DNA from: an uncultured Candidatus Saccharibacteria bacterium
GTDB lineage: Bacteria > Patescibacteriota > Minisyncoccia > Minisyncoccales > PEYH01
Direction: 5' to 3'
Assembly: GCA_964616145.1 (NCBI GenBank)
Contig: CAZTRD010000007.1
Location: 1-47,958 of the forward strand
Length of the DNA: 47,958 nucleotides
The position numbers and the translations under genes are program-made. How positions within the stretch are numbered: the first letter of the stretch is position 1; each line of letters starts with the position of its first letter. Below, in pieces: positions 25,886 through 34,738 of this stretch. Below the pieces are notes generated by a model. The model saw only the letters and a program-made list of their open reading frames with translations, made no database searches and was not told where the DNA came from.

Positions 25886-26916
25886 TTTATATTCAAATAT
25901 TTTATTCTTCTCTTCTTATGATACCTTATCGCAAACCTATGCGCTTCATCTCTAATTTGTAAAAATGTGTTTTTAATGCTTTCCGGTAATTTATCAGCAT
26001 AGATGAAATTCTTTGAAAACAAAGAAAATATCTTTCCTGATCCTTTTTCTGACTTGGCTAAGGATAAAACAGGAATATTGATTGTTTTAGCTGCTTTTAA
26101 TTGTCCTTTTCCTCCATCTAAAAGAATTAAATCTGGGGACTTCCATTCATTATGTTTTAATCTTCTTTGAAGGATTTCTTTTAAAGAACCTACGTCATTT
26201 TGTCCTTTTATCCTTTTAATCTTAAACATCCTGTAATCCTTTGTTTTCTTTTTGTTCTTTTCAAATACTGTCATAGAGCCAGTTGCCAGAGTTCCGGAAA
26301 GGTTAGAGATGTCATAGCATTCTAATCTTAAATCCTGATTATTGCAAAGCATTAACAATGCTTTAATTGTTTGTATTAATTTCTGATATTGTTTCTTTCT
26401 CCTTGCATTAATGCAAGGAGCAGAGCACATATCTAGCTGATAATACAAACAAGGTTTCTTGGGAAGATTTCTGCAGGATCGATAGGGGAGAATCTTTCTT
26501 ACATTTTTCAAAAAAGATTTTAATTCTGTTCCTTTTACAAAAGGACCGATAAAGCTGTTAATATTATCTTTTTGATGAGTAAGAAATATTCTTGGGAATA
26601 TTTCTTTTGTAATTCCTACAAAGAAATATTGTTTGTCGTCTTTCCATTCAATATTGTACTTTGGCTGTAATTTTTTAATTAATTCTGATTCTAATAACAG
26701 AGCTTCTTTTTCATTGGCGCATTCAAATGTTTCAATATCTGAAATTAAAGAAATGAAATCAAAACCAAAAACTTTTGGTTTTGCAAAATGAGAATTTACC
26801 CTCTTTTTAATATTATTTGCTTTTCCAATGTAAAGAATATTCTCATGAATATCTTTGAATATATATACACCAGAAAAAGAGGGAAGTATTTTGATCTTTT
26901 CTTTGATATTTTCCAT
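25882..26916 (-). CDS. uvrC: Excinuclease ABC subunit C, short form (344 aa)
   Basis: GIY-YIG (GVYIFKD...LYIGKANNIKKRVNSHF), PCLYYQLDMCSAPC, and an RNase H-like endonuclease domain (YDISNLSG, LLDGGKGQL, RDEAHRFAI). No UVR or (HhH)2 segment is visible. ATGA-type overlap with uvrB. Confidence 0.8.
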   Translation of the reverse strand: MENIKEKIKILPSFSGVYIFKDIHENILYIGKANNIKKRVNSHFAKPKVFGFDFISLISDIETFECANEKEALLLESELIKKLQPKYNIEWKDDKQYFFVGITKEIFPRIFLTHQKDNINSFIGPFVKGTELKSFLKNVRKILPYRSCRNLPKKPCLYYQLDMCSAPCINARRKKQYQKLIQTIKALLMLCNNQDLRLECYDISNLSGTLATGSMTVFEKNKKKTKDYRMFKIKRIKGQNDVGSLKEILQRRLKHNEWKSPDLILLDGGKGQLKAAKTINIPVLSLAKSEKGSGKIFSLFSKNFIYADKLPESIKNTFLQIRDEAHRFAIRYHKKRRIKYLNIK

Positions 26917-26964
26917 AGAGATTAGTTAAAAGTAGCATTTTGTGGTGGTTTTTTCAATTAAATT

Positions 26965-26973
26965 TGATAAAAT
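26965..26973 (+). promoter_or_regulatory. Extended -10 promoter element (TG-A-TAAAAT)
   Basis: TGATAAAAT lies 10 nt upstream of RBS AGGAGG (26983-26988). Confidence 0.4.
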
Positions 26974-26996
26974 ACAGATAGTAGGAGGTGATTGAC

Positions 26997-27116
26997 GTGA
27001 CGGCCCGTCTTCGTATCAACCGGACAAGGCTGAGACGGCATGTTCTATTCGTTTTGCCATGGTTGGTTCTGGCGGTTTCTATCGTTACAATCATCGTCGG
27101 GCGTTTGATGATGTAG
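26997..27116 (+). CDS. 39-aa Arg-rich/hydrophobic peptide (type I toxin-like or small membrane protein), block D
   Basis: GTG start 8 nt after AGGAGG. Product MTARLRINRTRLRRHVLFVLPWLVLAVSIVTIIVGRLMM has a basic N-terminus plus one TM helix. Below the ORF-track length cutoff. Hairpins and a T-run follow (27130-27195). Confidence 0.35.
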   Translation: MTARLRINRTRLRRHVLFVLPWLVLAVSIVTIIVGRLMM

Positions 27117-27249
27117 TACATTGGGTGAGCCATCCCTATGGCTTGAAGGAGGTGCAAGCGGCGAAATGCGATAAGCACCCCGCTTTTCATTTTCAACGTT
27201 GACAAGCATTCTATAAATATAGTAAGCTAATAATAAGATATAAGAAATT

Positions 27250-27603
27250 ATGAAAAAAGGAACAAAAAACACTAAAAAAAGCGGAATTTTGCATTTCCGT
27301 ATTTTTAAATGGAGCGGTCGTTATCTGGGAATATGTAAAGAAACGGGTTTTGTTGAAGAGGATAAAGATTTTGATATAGTTAGAGAAAAACTTTCCAACG
27401 GAACCGTTGCTCTCTTAGAAGCTATTTATAAAAGCTCTCAGAATTTAGAGCCAAGTTTAAATACTCGTCCTCCTTTAAAATATTTAATTTACTATTATAT
27501 CGCTCCAATTTTAGGCTGGGTTGAACTTATTAGAGATGATTCTAGGGTAGAATCTGGAGGATTCTATGCTTTTACTAAACCCATAGGGTATTGCAATGGC
27601 TAA
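27250..27603 (+). CDS. Hypothetical protein, possible HicB-like partner
   Basis: 117 aa, overlaps the HicA-like ORF by 8 nt. The pairing is contextual only. Confidence 0.35.
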   Translation: MKKGTKNTKKSGILHFRIFKWSGRYLGICKETGFVEEDKDFDIVREKLSNGTVALLEAIYKSSQNLEPSLNTRPPLKYLIYYYIAPILGWVELIRDDSRVESGGFYAFTKPIGYCNG

Positions 27604-27862
27604 AAGATTTAAGAATAGAAGAGCTGAAGAAATAAATGATTATTTAGAAGCTCACGGATTTTTTATACAAAATGTTAAAGGCGATGACAGAATATACGCT
27701 CGCCAAGGGTACGGATATACAGTTAAAACTCCTGACAGAAAAAATGAGATAGTTCCGCAAGGTACGATGGATTCTATTTTGCATTGCATTGGAAAATGCG
27801 GGATAGATAACCCTAAAAGAATTGTATTAAAATGGTGGGGAGAGAATGGGTACGGAGAATAA
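27596..27862 (+). CDS. HicA/YcfA-like protein
   Basis: INDYLEAHGF...VKGDDRIYAR...IVPQGTMDSILHCIGKCGI follows the HicA pattern, but the usual GSH(H) is replaced. Confidence 0.45.
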   Translation: MAKRFKNRRAEEINDYLEAHGFFIQNVKGDDRIYARQGYGYTVKTPDRKNEIVPQGTMDSILHCIGKCGIDNPKRIVLKWWGENGYGE

Positions 27863-27993
27863 TCAATTATTTTGCGCCATATAATTTAAGATATATTAAA
27901 AGAAACCTTTTCAAGGTTTCTTTTGTTTATACCATTATCCTTTCATATCTTGACTTTTTGGTGTATAATATTCTTCTTGATTAAAATACTCAC

Positions 27994-30885
27994 ATGCAAG
28001 GAGAATATATAGAACTCAAGGGGGTGAGGGTAAACAATTTAAAGAATATTGATGTAAAGCTTCCCAAAAACAAATTGGTTGTGATTTGCGGTATTTCTGG
28101 TTCTGGGAAATCATCTTTAGCTTTTGATACTATCTATGCCGAAGGCCAGAGAAGATATCTTGAAAGCCTATCCTCATATGCCAGGCAGTTTTTAGGAGGA
28201 TTAAAAAAACCAGACGCAGACAAGATAGAAGGATTATCTCCGACAATAGCGGTGAATCAAAAAACAATTTCTTCTAATCCCAGATCTACTGTTGGGACCT
28301 TAACAGAGATATATGACTACATGCGTTTGCTTTTTGCTCATATTGGGAAAGCATATTGTCCTAAATGTGGGAAATTAGTAAGTTCTCAAACTCCCCATCA
28401 GATAGCAGATCAGGTATATGAAATAGCTCAAAAAGGATGGGTTTCTGTATTTGCTCAAGTAGTGAGCGGAAAAAAAGGAGAACACAAAGGAGTCTTAGAA
28501 GAGATTTACAGAGAAGGATGGCCGCAAGTAAGGATAGACGGGATTTTGTATTCTACTGATGAGGCAAAGGATAAGTTGCTGGATAAACAAAAGATGCATA
28601 GCATCGATGTTTTAATTGATAGGTTTTCTTTATCTGATTTTTCCAAGAAAGAAGACAAAAAACCTCAAAGCAAAAAAGAAAAAGAAGCTCTATCTACCAG
28701 AAAACAAAAAATCAAGAGACTCTTCAAAGAAGAAAAAGAGAGGATTCTTGAATCAGTCAAAAAGGGGCTAGATATGGGAAGGGGAAGAATAATGGTAGTG
28801 TATCAACAAGGGAAAACTGCCAAAGAAGAGCAATTTTCCCGTCTTTTAACTTGTACTAAATGCGATATCTCTTTCCCGGATATAGAGCCAAGAATATTTT
28901 CTTTTAACAGCCCGTATGGGGCTTGCCCTGTTTGCCAGGGTTTAGGCAAGCTTCTTAAGGTTGACCCATCTTTGATTCTTAATCCGGAACTATCTTTAAA
29001 CGAAGGAGCAATTCTTCCTTGGTTTTCTTTAAGCAGGTTCTCCTTAAGATCTCTAAGAGTTCCAAGCATGCAATGGGAATTAGGAAAAGTAAGCCAGGAA
29101 TATGATTTTTCTTTGGATGTTCCATTTAAAGAATTGTCAGAAGAATTACAAGAAATTGTTTTGCAAGGAGATAAGTCAGGGAAAACCGACTATGAAGGAG
29201 TTGTTCCTAAAATGGAAAAACTGTTTCATGAAACTGATTCTGATTACATCAGGGAAGAAATATCAAAATACATGACAGAAATTGTCTGTCCCAAATGCAA
29301 TGGAGCCAGATTAAGAGAAGAAGCATTATCTGTCAGAATTAAAGACAAGAATATACATGATGTCTGCTCTATGTCTATTGAAGAAGCAGCTCCATTCTTT
29401 GAAAAGCTTCCTTCTGTATTAAGCGAAAATGATAACAAAATAGCTCAGCCATTAATCAAGGAAATTATCAAAAGATTTAATTTCCTTATTGATGTCGGGG
29501 TTGAATACATTAATCTGGCCAGAGAAGCGACAACTCTTTCTGTGGGAGAGAACCAAAGGATACGTTTAGCTTGCCAATTAGGTTCCGGATTATCAGGAGT
29601 TGTATATGTTTTAGACGAGCCGACAATTGGTTTACATCAAAGAGATATTGCAAAGCTAATCAAGGCCTTAAAACAATTAGTAGAGAAACAAAATACCGTA
29701 ATAGTGGTAGAGCATGACCAAAAAGTAATGGAAAGCTCTGATTGGATAGTAGAAATTGGCCCAGGGGCTGGAAAATTCGGAGGAAAAGTTGTTTTTGAAG
29801 GAGAATATAAGAATCTTTTAAAATCAAAAACAATAACTGGATTGTATCTCTCAAAGAAATTAGAAGTAAAAACTAAATTTCCTCAAAAACAAGTTACCAA
29901 AGATACAAAATGGCTTACTTTAAAGGGAGCTAATCAGTTTAATTTAAAGAATATTGATTTAAAGATTCCTTTGGAGAAATTTGTCTGTATTGCCGGAGTT
30001 TCAGGTTCCGGGAAAAGCACTTTGATTATCGAGACCCTAGGAAAAGCATTATTAAGAGAGATCAACAGACAAAAAAGATTATCCCATTTTAGATACTCTG
30101 AAATATTGGGCCAAGAAGCATTAAACAAGATAATTATGGTTGATCAAACACCAATAGGGAGAACTCCAAGATCCAATCCTGCCACATATACAGGCGTATT
30201 TGGTCCAATCAGAGATCTGTTTGCTTCAACATATCAAGCAAGACTGAGAGGATATACTGCTTCGTATTTCAGTTTTAATACCAAATCAGGCAGGTGCCCT
30301 GCCTGCAATGGGGAAGGATTAAAGAAAGTAGAAATGTATTTTTTGCCTGATATATATGTTGAATGTGAAACCTGCCTTGGGCAAAGATTCACTCCTGAAG
30401 TATTAAAAGTGGAGTATAACAACAAGAATATTGCTGAGGTTTTGGATATGAGCATAGAAGAAGTAAGAACTTTCTTTTCCAATATCCCTCAGATTAAAAG
30501 CAGAATGCAATTAATGGTTGATATTGGTTTGGGATATTTACGGCTAGGCCAAAGCTCTACCGATTTATCAGGGGGAGAAGCGGAAAGGATTAAATTAGCC
30601 AATGAATTAGCCAGAAGGGATACTGGCAAAACAATATATATTTTAGATGAACCTACTGTTGGTTTGCATTTTGATGATATAAGCAAACTATTGAATATAT
30701 TAAGAAGATTAGTAGAAAAAGGTAATACCGTTATCGTTATCGAACATAATCCTGAAGTTTTAGAAGAGTCCGATTGGATTATTGAAATGGGTCCAGAAGG
30801 AGGGGATAAGGGAGGAAGGATTGTATTTCAAGGAACACCAAAGCAATTAAAAAAAGCCAGTACTTGGACTGGGAAATATTTGTAG
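27994..30885 (+). CDS. uvrA: Excinuclease ABC subunit A
   Basis: 963 aa. Two ABC modules (GISGSGKSS, GVSGSGKST), zinc-finger Cys pairs (CPKCG, CPVCQG, CPKCNG, CPACNG, CETC) and LSGGE signatures. Confidence 0.95.
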   Translation: MQGEYIELKGVRVNNLKNIDVKLPKNKLVVICGISGSGKSSLAFDTIYAEGQRRYLESLSSYARQFLGGLKKPDADKIEGLSPTIAVNQKTISSNPRSTVGTLTEIYDYMRLLFAHIGKAYCPKCGKLVSSQTPHQIADQVYEIAQKGWVSVFAQVVSGKKGEHKGVLEEIYREGWPQVRIDGILYSTDEAKDKLLDKQKMHSIDVLIDRFSLSDFSKKEDKKPQSKKEKEALSTRKQKIKRLFKEEKERILESVKKGLDMGRGRIMVVYQQGKTAKEEQFSRLLTCTKCDISFPDIEPRIFSFNSPYGACPVCQGLGKLLKVDPSLILNPELSLNEGAILPWFSLSRFSLRSLRVPSMQWELGKVSQEYDFSLDVPFKELSEELQEIVLQGDKSGKTDYEGVVPKMEKLFHETDSDYIREEISKYMTEIVCPKCNGARLREEALSVRIKDKNIHDVCSMSIEEAAPFFEKLPSVLSENDNKIAQPLIKEIIKRFNFLIDVGVEYINLAREATTLSVGENQRIRLACQLGSGLSGVVYVLDEPTIGLHQRDIAKLIKALKQLVEKQNTVIVVEHDQKVMESSDWIVEIGPGAGKFGGKVVFEGEYKNLLKSKTITGLYLSKKLEVKTKFPQKQVTKDTKWLTLKGANQFNLKNIDLKIPLEKFVCIAGVSGSGKSTLIIETLGKALLREINRQKRLSHFRYSEILGQEALNKIIMVDQTPIGRTPRSNPATYTGVFGPIRDLFASTYQARLRGYTASYFSFNTKSGRCPACNGEGLKKVEMYFLPDIYVECETCLGQRFTPEVLKVEYNNKNIAEVLDMSIEEVRTFFSNIPQIKSRMQLMVDIGLGYLRLGQSSTDLSGGEAERIKLANELARRDTGKTIYILDEPTVGLHFDDISKLLNILRRLVEKGNTVIVIEHNPEVLEESDWIIEMGPEGGDKGGRIVFQGTPKQLKKASTWTGKYL

Positions 30886-30926
30886 AAAAAGCACAAGCGG
30901 GCGGCCTCTACAGAGAACCGCCCGCT
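30886..30926 (-). terminator. Rho-independent terminator oriented for a minus-strand transcript
   Basis: AGCGGGCGG (30896-30904) pairs with CCGCCCGCT (30918-30926). On the - strand the stem is followed by TGTGCTTTTT. There is no T-run on the + strand. Confidence 0.6.
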
Positions 30927-31500
30927 GCTCACAAGAACGCCTTCAGCGTCCCAACCCTTCCGACTATCATCGAGGTGGCGTCTCATCCATAGGAGTCAAA
31001 CTCCTATGAGAGAGCTAGTTCCTCGTTCGGGGAAGCAACCAGGTTCGTCGCAAGCTCTTCGGGATTTTCGAGCGTTGAATCTTCAAAGCCCCCCTCCTCA
31101 CGAACAGCCGCTGATCGAAACCCACTCCCAATTGCCATTGGCGGGCAGACCATGTGCCGATCTCTAGCAACACCTGGAGCCAAGAAGTTGCTAGAGCATT
31201 CCTACATAGAAGTTTGCCTCCCTCACTTCAGGAGAAAGAAGTACCGAGGGAAGCGGCAGTTCCGCGGGAAACAGGGTTCCCTGGTAGAACATGAGGCTTC
31301 CTCCTCAGAGTTCTTCGTTCTCGTGCCCTTTCGAGGCACATCCCCTCTACTTCGTGGCCGAGAACGACGCCGTCGATGCCTTCGTCACGGAGGTCACGAG
31401 CTGACTGTTCACGATTTGGCCCATGTTCATATCTCTACCTACCCTCCTTTCTCTCTTGTTGTCGGAAAGGTGTCAAAGAACTGATGTGGCTAGCCTTTGC
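30927..31500 (-). other. G+C-rich ORF-poor hairpin-rich block E (candidate large ncRNA or decayed foreign DNA)
   Basis: Only short, non-protein-like ORFs on either strand. Strong stems include CATAGGAGT/ACTCCTATG (30988-31008) and CTCTAGCAAC/GTTGCTAGAG (31162-31196). Strand is inferred from the terminator orientation. Confidence 0.3.
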
Positions 31501-31532
31501 CCTCGCCGACATTATTAATAATATATCAATTA

Positions 31533-31561
31533 TTGACAGGAAATGCAAGGTAGAGTATACT
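31533..31561 (+). promoter_or_regulatory. sigma70-like promoter of the RRM protein gene
   Basis: TTGACA (31533-31538), 17-nt spacer, TATACT (31556-31561). Confidence 0.7.
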
Positions 31562-31644
31562 CATCGGTGAGGAAGCATCTCAGTTAGTTTAGCTACTGGG
31601 CAGGTCGGCTCTTCAGATAACATTAAAACTTTAAAATAAATTCG

Positions 31645-31914
31645 ATGGAAAACAGCAGATTATATGTAGGAAATCTTTCCTACGACACTAATGATGAAGG
31701 ATTGAAAAATCATTTCTCTCAATGTGGAGAAGTGAAAAGCGCCTCTATCATTATGAATAAGATGACAGGCAGATCAAAAGGATTCGGATTCGTTGACATG
31801 GCAACTCCAGAAGATGCCAAGAAAGCGATAGAAACCTTAAACGGAAAAGAATTGGATGGAAGACAATTGACCGTTGATGAGGCCAGACCAATGAATACAG
31901 ATTTTCAGAATTAA
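31645..31914 (+). CDS. RRM-type RNA-binding protein
   Basis: RNP2 LYVGNL and RNP1 KGFGFV. 89 aa. Terminator at 31936-31968. Confidence 0.9.
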   Translation: MENSRLYVGNLSYDTNDEGLKNHFSQCGEVKSASIIMNKMTGRSKGFGFVDMATPEDAKKAIETLNGKELDGRQLTVDEARPMNTDFQN

Positions 31915-31935
31915 TTCTAGATAACGTCTGTAAAC

Positions 31936-31968
31936 AAAATCCACTGTGCAAACAGTGGGTTTTGTTTT
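31936..31968 (+). terminator. Rho-independent terminator
   Basis: AAAATCCACTG-tgcaaa-CAGTGGGTTTT followed by GTTTT. Confidence 0.75.
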
Positions 31969-32010
31969 CTTCTTTCTTTTGATATAATAATAATAATTAA
32001 AATCAAACAT

Positions 32011-32745
32011 ATGGATTTAAAAGATAAAGTAGCTATTGTGACAGGAGCCCAAAGAGGTATTGGAGAAGCTTGTGCCATCAAATTAGCTCAATTAGGAGCA
32101 AAAGTAGCAGTTACAGATATCTCAAAAGAAAATTGCGGGGAAGTAGTAAAGAAGATAGAAAAACAAGAAGGAGAGGCCATTGCTTTTAAAATGGATGTAA
32201 CTGATATTGATGAGATAAAAGAAGTGAGGGATAAAATTATCAAAGAATGGGGAAAGATAGATATTTTAGTTAATAATGCAGGAATATTTGATTACGAAGA
32301 ATTAGAAGAAATAGATAAGATAGATAAGATATTAAATATAGATCTAAGAGGACTTATGGTTGTAACTAAAACGTTTGTTCCAGAAATGGTAAGAAAAAGG
32401 TATGGAAAGATAGTAAATATTGCTTCGATTGCTGCATTACTTGGCTCTCCTAAAACTCATAGCTACTGCACAGCTAAAGCAGGGGTTACGGGATTTACCA
32501 GGAGTTTAGCCGCTGAATTAGGAGCTAATGGGATCAATGTTAATTGTGTTGCTCCTGGAGCAATAGAAACACCAATGCTCACTCAAGCCGGGATAGATGA
32601 AAAAGCATTTATGGCCATGGTTCCAAAGAAAAGAATAGGAAAGCCGGAAGATATTGCCAACGCTGTGGCATTTTTGGCCAGTGATGAAGCTGACTATATC
32701 ACAGGCCAAGTATTAGTAGTAGATGGTGGATATACGATAATGTAA
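32011..32745 (+). CDS. fabG: Short-chain dehydrogenase/reductase (FabG-like 3-oxoacyl reductase)
   Basis: TGAQRGIGEA cofactor motif, NNAG, catalytic YCTAKAG (YxxxK). Confidence 0.85.
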   Translation: MDLKDKVAIVTGAQRGIGEACAIKLAQLGAKVAVTDISKENCGEVVKKIEKQEGEAIAFKMDVTDIDEIKEVRDKIIKEWGKIDILVNNAGIFDYEELEEIDKIDKILNIDLRGLMVVTKTFVPEMVRKRYGKIVNIASIAALLGSPKTHSYCTAKAGVTGFTRSLAAELGANGINVNCVAPGAIETPMLTQAGIDEKAFMAMVPKKRIGKPEDIANAVAFLASDEADYITGQVLVVDGGYTIM

Positions 32746-32802
32746 ATGAATTAAGGAATGTAAACATGGATGGGCCTGAGCGGCCCATTCTGTATTTAGA
32801 AA

Positions 32803-33669
32803 ATGATTTCTAAAAAAACAATATTAATCATCTTAATCTTTTTAAATATTGTTTCCTGGTCTTTTGTATACGATTTAACATCTTTTAATAATCTGGAGGT
32901 ATGTTTCTTTGATGTAGGGCAGGGAGACAGTATTTTAATTAAAACAAGAGACAAGCAGATATTAATAGATGGGGGGCCTAACAGTTATATTATTTCTAAA
33001 TTATCAAAAAAGATGCCTATTTTTGATAAATCAATAGATTTGGTTGTTTTAACTCATCCTCATTCAGATCATTTAAATGGATTAATCAATGTATTTGATA
33101 AATTTAAGGTGAATGATTTCCTATCAACAGGAGAGATATTTGAATCAAAGAATTTTAATCTTTTACAAGATTTAATTTCAAAAGAAGAGTCAAAAAATTA
33201 CATTGCTAAAAAAGGTTTAAGAATTACAATCTCCAAAGATCAATATATTGATGTATTGTATCCATTTAAGAGTTTAAACAATCAAATTCTGTCAGACGAA
33301 GAAGCCAATGATAGCTCCGTGATCTTGAAGTTAAGCAGTTTTAACGATACAATGCTATTTACAGGAGATGCTTCTTTTAAGACAGAGTCAGAATTAGTGG
33401 AAAGAGGGATTGATATTCAATCAGATATCTTAAAAGTAGGCCATCATGGAAGCAAATATTCTACAACTGACTATTTCTTGAATGCGGTTTTACCGCATTT
33501 AGCTGTAATCTCGGTTGGAGAGGATAATAGATACAATCATCCAGCTCAAGAAACATTGGATAGGTTGGAGAAATATAAAATAAAGGTCGTAAGAACAGAT
33601 AAGAATGGAGACATATGCCTCACCCAAAAGAAGACAAAACAGTTCTCATTATCAAGCCAGATGGAGTGA
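32803..33669 (+). CDS. Membrane-anchored metallo-beta-lactamase fold protein (ComEC C-terminal domain-like)
   Basis: HPHSDHLNG (HxHxDH), FTGD, GHHGS. N-terminal TM anchor. Confidence 0.7.
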   Translation: MISKKTILIILIFLNIVSWSFVYDLTSFNNLEVCFFDVGQGDSILIKTRDKQILIDGGPNSYIISKLSKKMPIFDKSIDLVVLTHPHSDHLNGLINVFDKFKVNDFLSTGEIFESKNFNLLQDLISKEESKNYIAKKGLRITISKDQYIDVLYPFKSLNNQILSDEEANDSSVILKLSSFNDTMLFTGDASFKTESELVERGIDIQSDILKVGHHGSKYSTTDYFLNAVLPHLAVISVGEDNRYNHPAQETLDRLEKYKIKVVRTDKNGDICLTQKKTKQFSLSSQME

Positions 33670-34205
33670 AAAGAGGCCTGATTGGAGAAATCATTTCAAG
33701 AATTGAAATGAGAGGATTAAAGATAATCGCTCTTGAGATGTTTATGGCCACCAAAGAACATATTGATGGTCATTATCCAAAAGACGAAGAATGGATGATA
33801 AAAATAGGGGAGAAGACCAGGAAAAACTATGATGATTACGGATATGATATTAAAAAGGAATTAGGGACAGATGATCTGCTAGAAATTGGAAAATTAGTCA
33901 GAAACTGGCTGATTGATTACATGACAAGCGGTCCAATGGTAAAGATGGTTGTAAAAGGTATCCATGCTATTGAAATGGTAAGAAAAATAGTTGGGCCAAC
34001 GCTTCCATCTCAAGCAGAAATGGGAACAATCAGAGGAGATTTTTCTGTTGATGATTCAACAGCTGCAAATAGGGATAAAAGAGCGATAAGAAACTTAGTT
34101 CATGCTTCAGGAAATCAAGGAGAAGCTGATCATGAAATACTTTTCTGGTTCGCACCAGAAGAGATTACCGATTACAAAAGAGCAGAAGACGATATAATGT
34201 TTTGA
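33615..34205 (+). CDS. ndk: Nucleoside diphosphate kinase (long form with insertions)
   Basis: LIIKPDGVKRGLIGEIISR, GPMV, NLVHASG (active-site His), EILFWF. Overlaps the upstream gene by 55 nt. Confidence 0.8.
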   Translation: MPHPKEDKTVLIIKPDGVKRGLIGEIISRIEMRGLKIIALEMFMATKEHIDGHYPKDEEWMIKIGEKTRKNYDDYGYDIKKELGTDDLLEIGKLVRNWLIDYMTSGPMVKMVVKGIHAIEMVRKIVGPTLPSQAEMGTIRGDFSVDDSTAANRDKRAIRNLVHASGNQGEADHEILFWFAPEEITDYKRAEDDIMF

Positions 34206-34230
34206 TTGTAAAGGTGTGAAAAACTTTTGA

Positions 34231-34258
34231 TTGACTTGCTACGATGTAAAGCTAAAAT
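34231..34258 (+). promoter_or_regulatory. sigma70-like promoter upstream of the rod-like RNA
   Basis: TTGACT (34231-34236), 16-nt spacer, TAAAAT (34253-34258). Confidence 0.55.
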
Positions 34259-34264
34259 GTAGCT

Positions 34265-34400
34265 GGGACCCTGAAAAGTTCTGATCTCATTCCGGCACTA
34301 TCTTATTTCTTGGGAATCCTAATTCGGATAGCCCGAGGGCTGTCCGTGCGGACACCCACTAGGATTCTTACCCGGAATAAGTTATCAGAAGACAGGGTCC
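34265..34400 (+). ncRNA. Candidate 136-nt rod-like structured RNA, class unknown
   Basis: Nested stems: GGACCCTG/CAGGGTCC (34266-73 with 34393-400), TTCTGAT/ATCAGAA (34279-85 with 34384-90), ATTCCGG/CCGGAAT (34289-95 with 34372-78), GAATCCTA/TAGGATTC (34314-21 with 34360-67). Apical hairpin GGATAGCC-cgag-GGCTGTCC. Followed by TTTAGTTTGATT. Confidence 0.4.
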
Positions 34401-34413
34401 TTTAGTTTGATTA

Positions 34414-34442
34414 TTGACATAAATATATGTGTGTGATATAAT
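34414..34442 (+). promoter_or_regulatory. Consensus sigma70 promoter of the block F cassette
   Basis: TTGACA (34414-34419), 17-nt spacer, TATAAT (34437-34442). Confidence 0.7.
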
Positions 34443-34738
34443 GCGAATTAGGTTAATTGAAGTTATGATTAACCCGTTCTTTACCTAACTGAGGTTGTTC
34501 CCGTCTCGGGAGCAGCCGAATGAGAGTAATCCTTATTCTTGTTCGTATGCTCCCTGAGGCGAGATACGCTTCAGGGTGAAAATAATGAGAACCCCCTCAT
34601 CTTCTTCACCACCCGGAGGTGGGCGGCCGAGCTACCTAGCACGGCCGCCCACACACTCTTCTTTCTTTATTTGAGCCCAACAGAACTGGTGGTCTGTGGG
34701 TTGAAAAGAGGAAAGAAGAAAGGAGAGGGGGAAACGAA

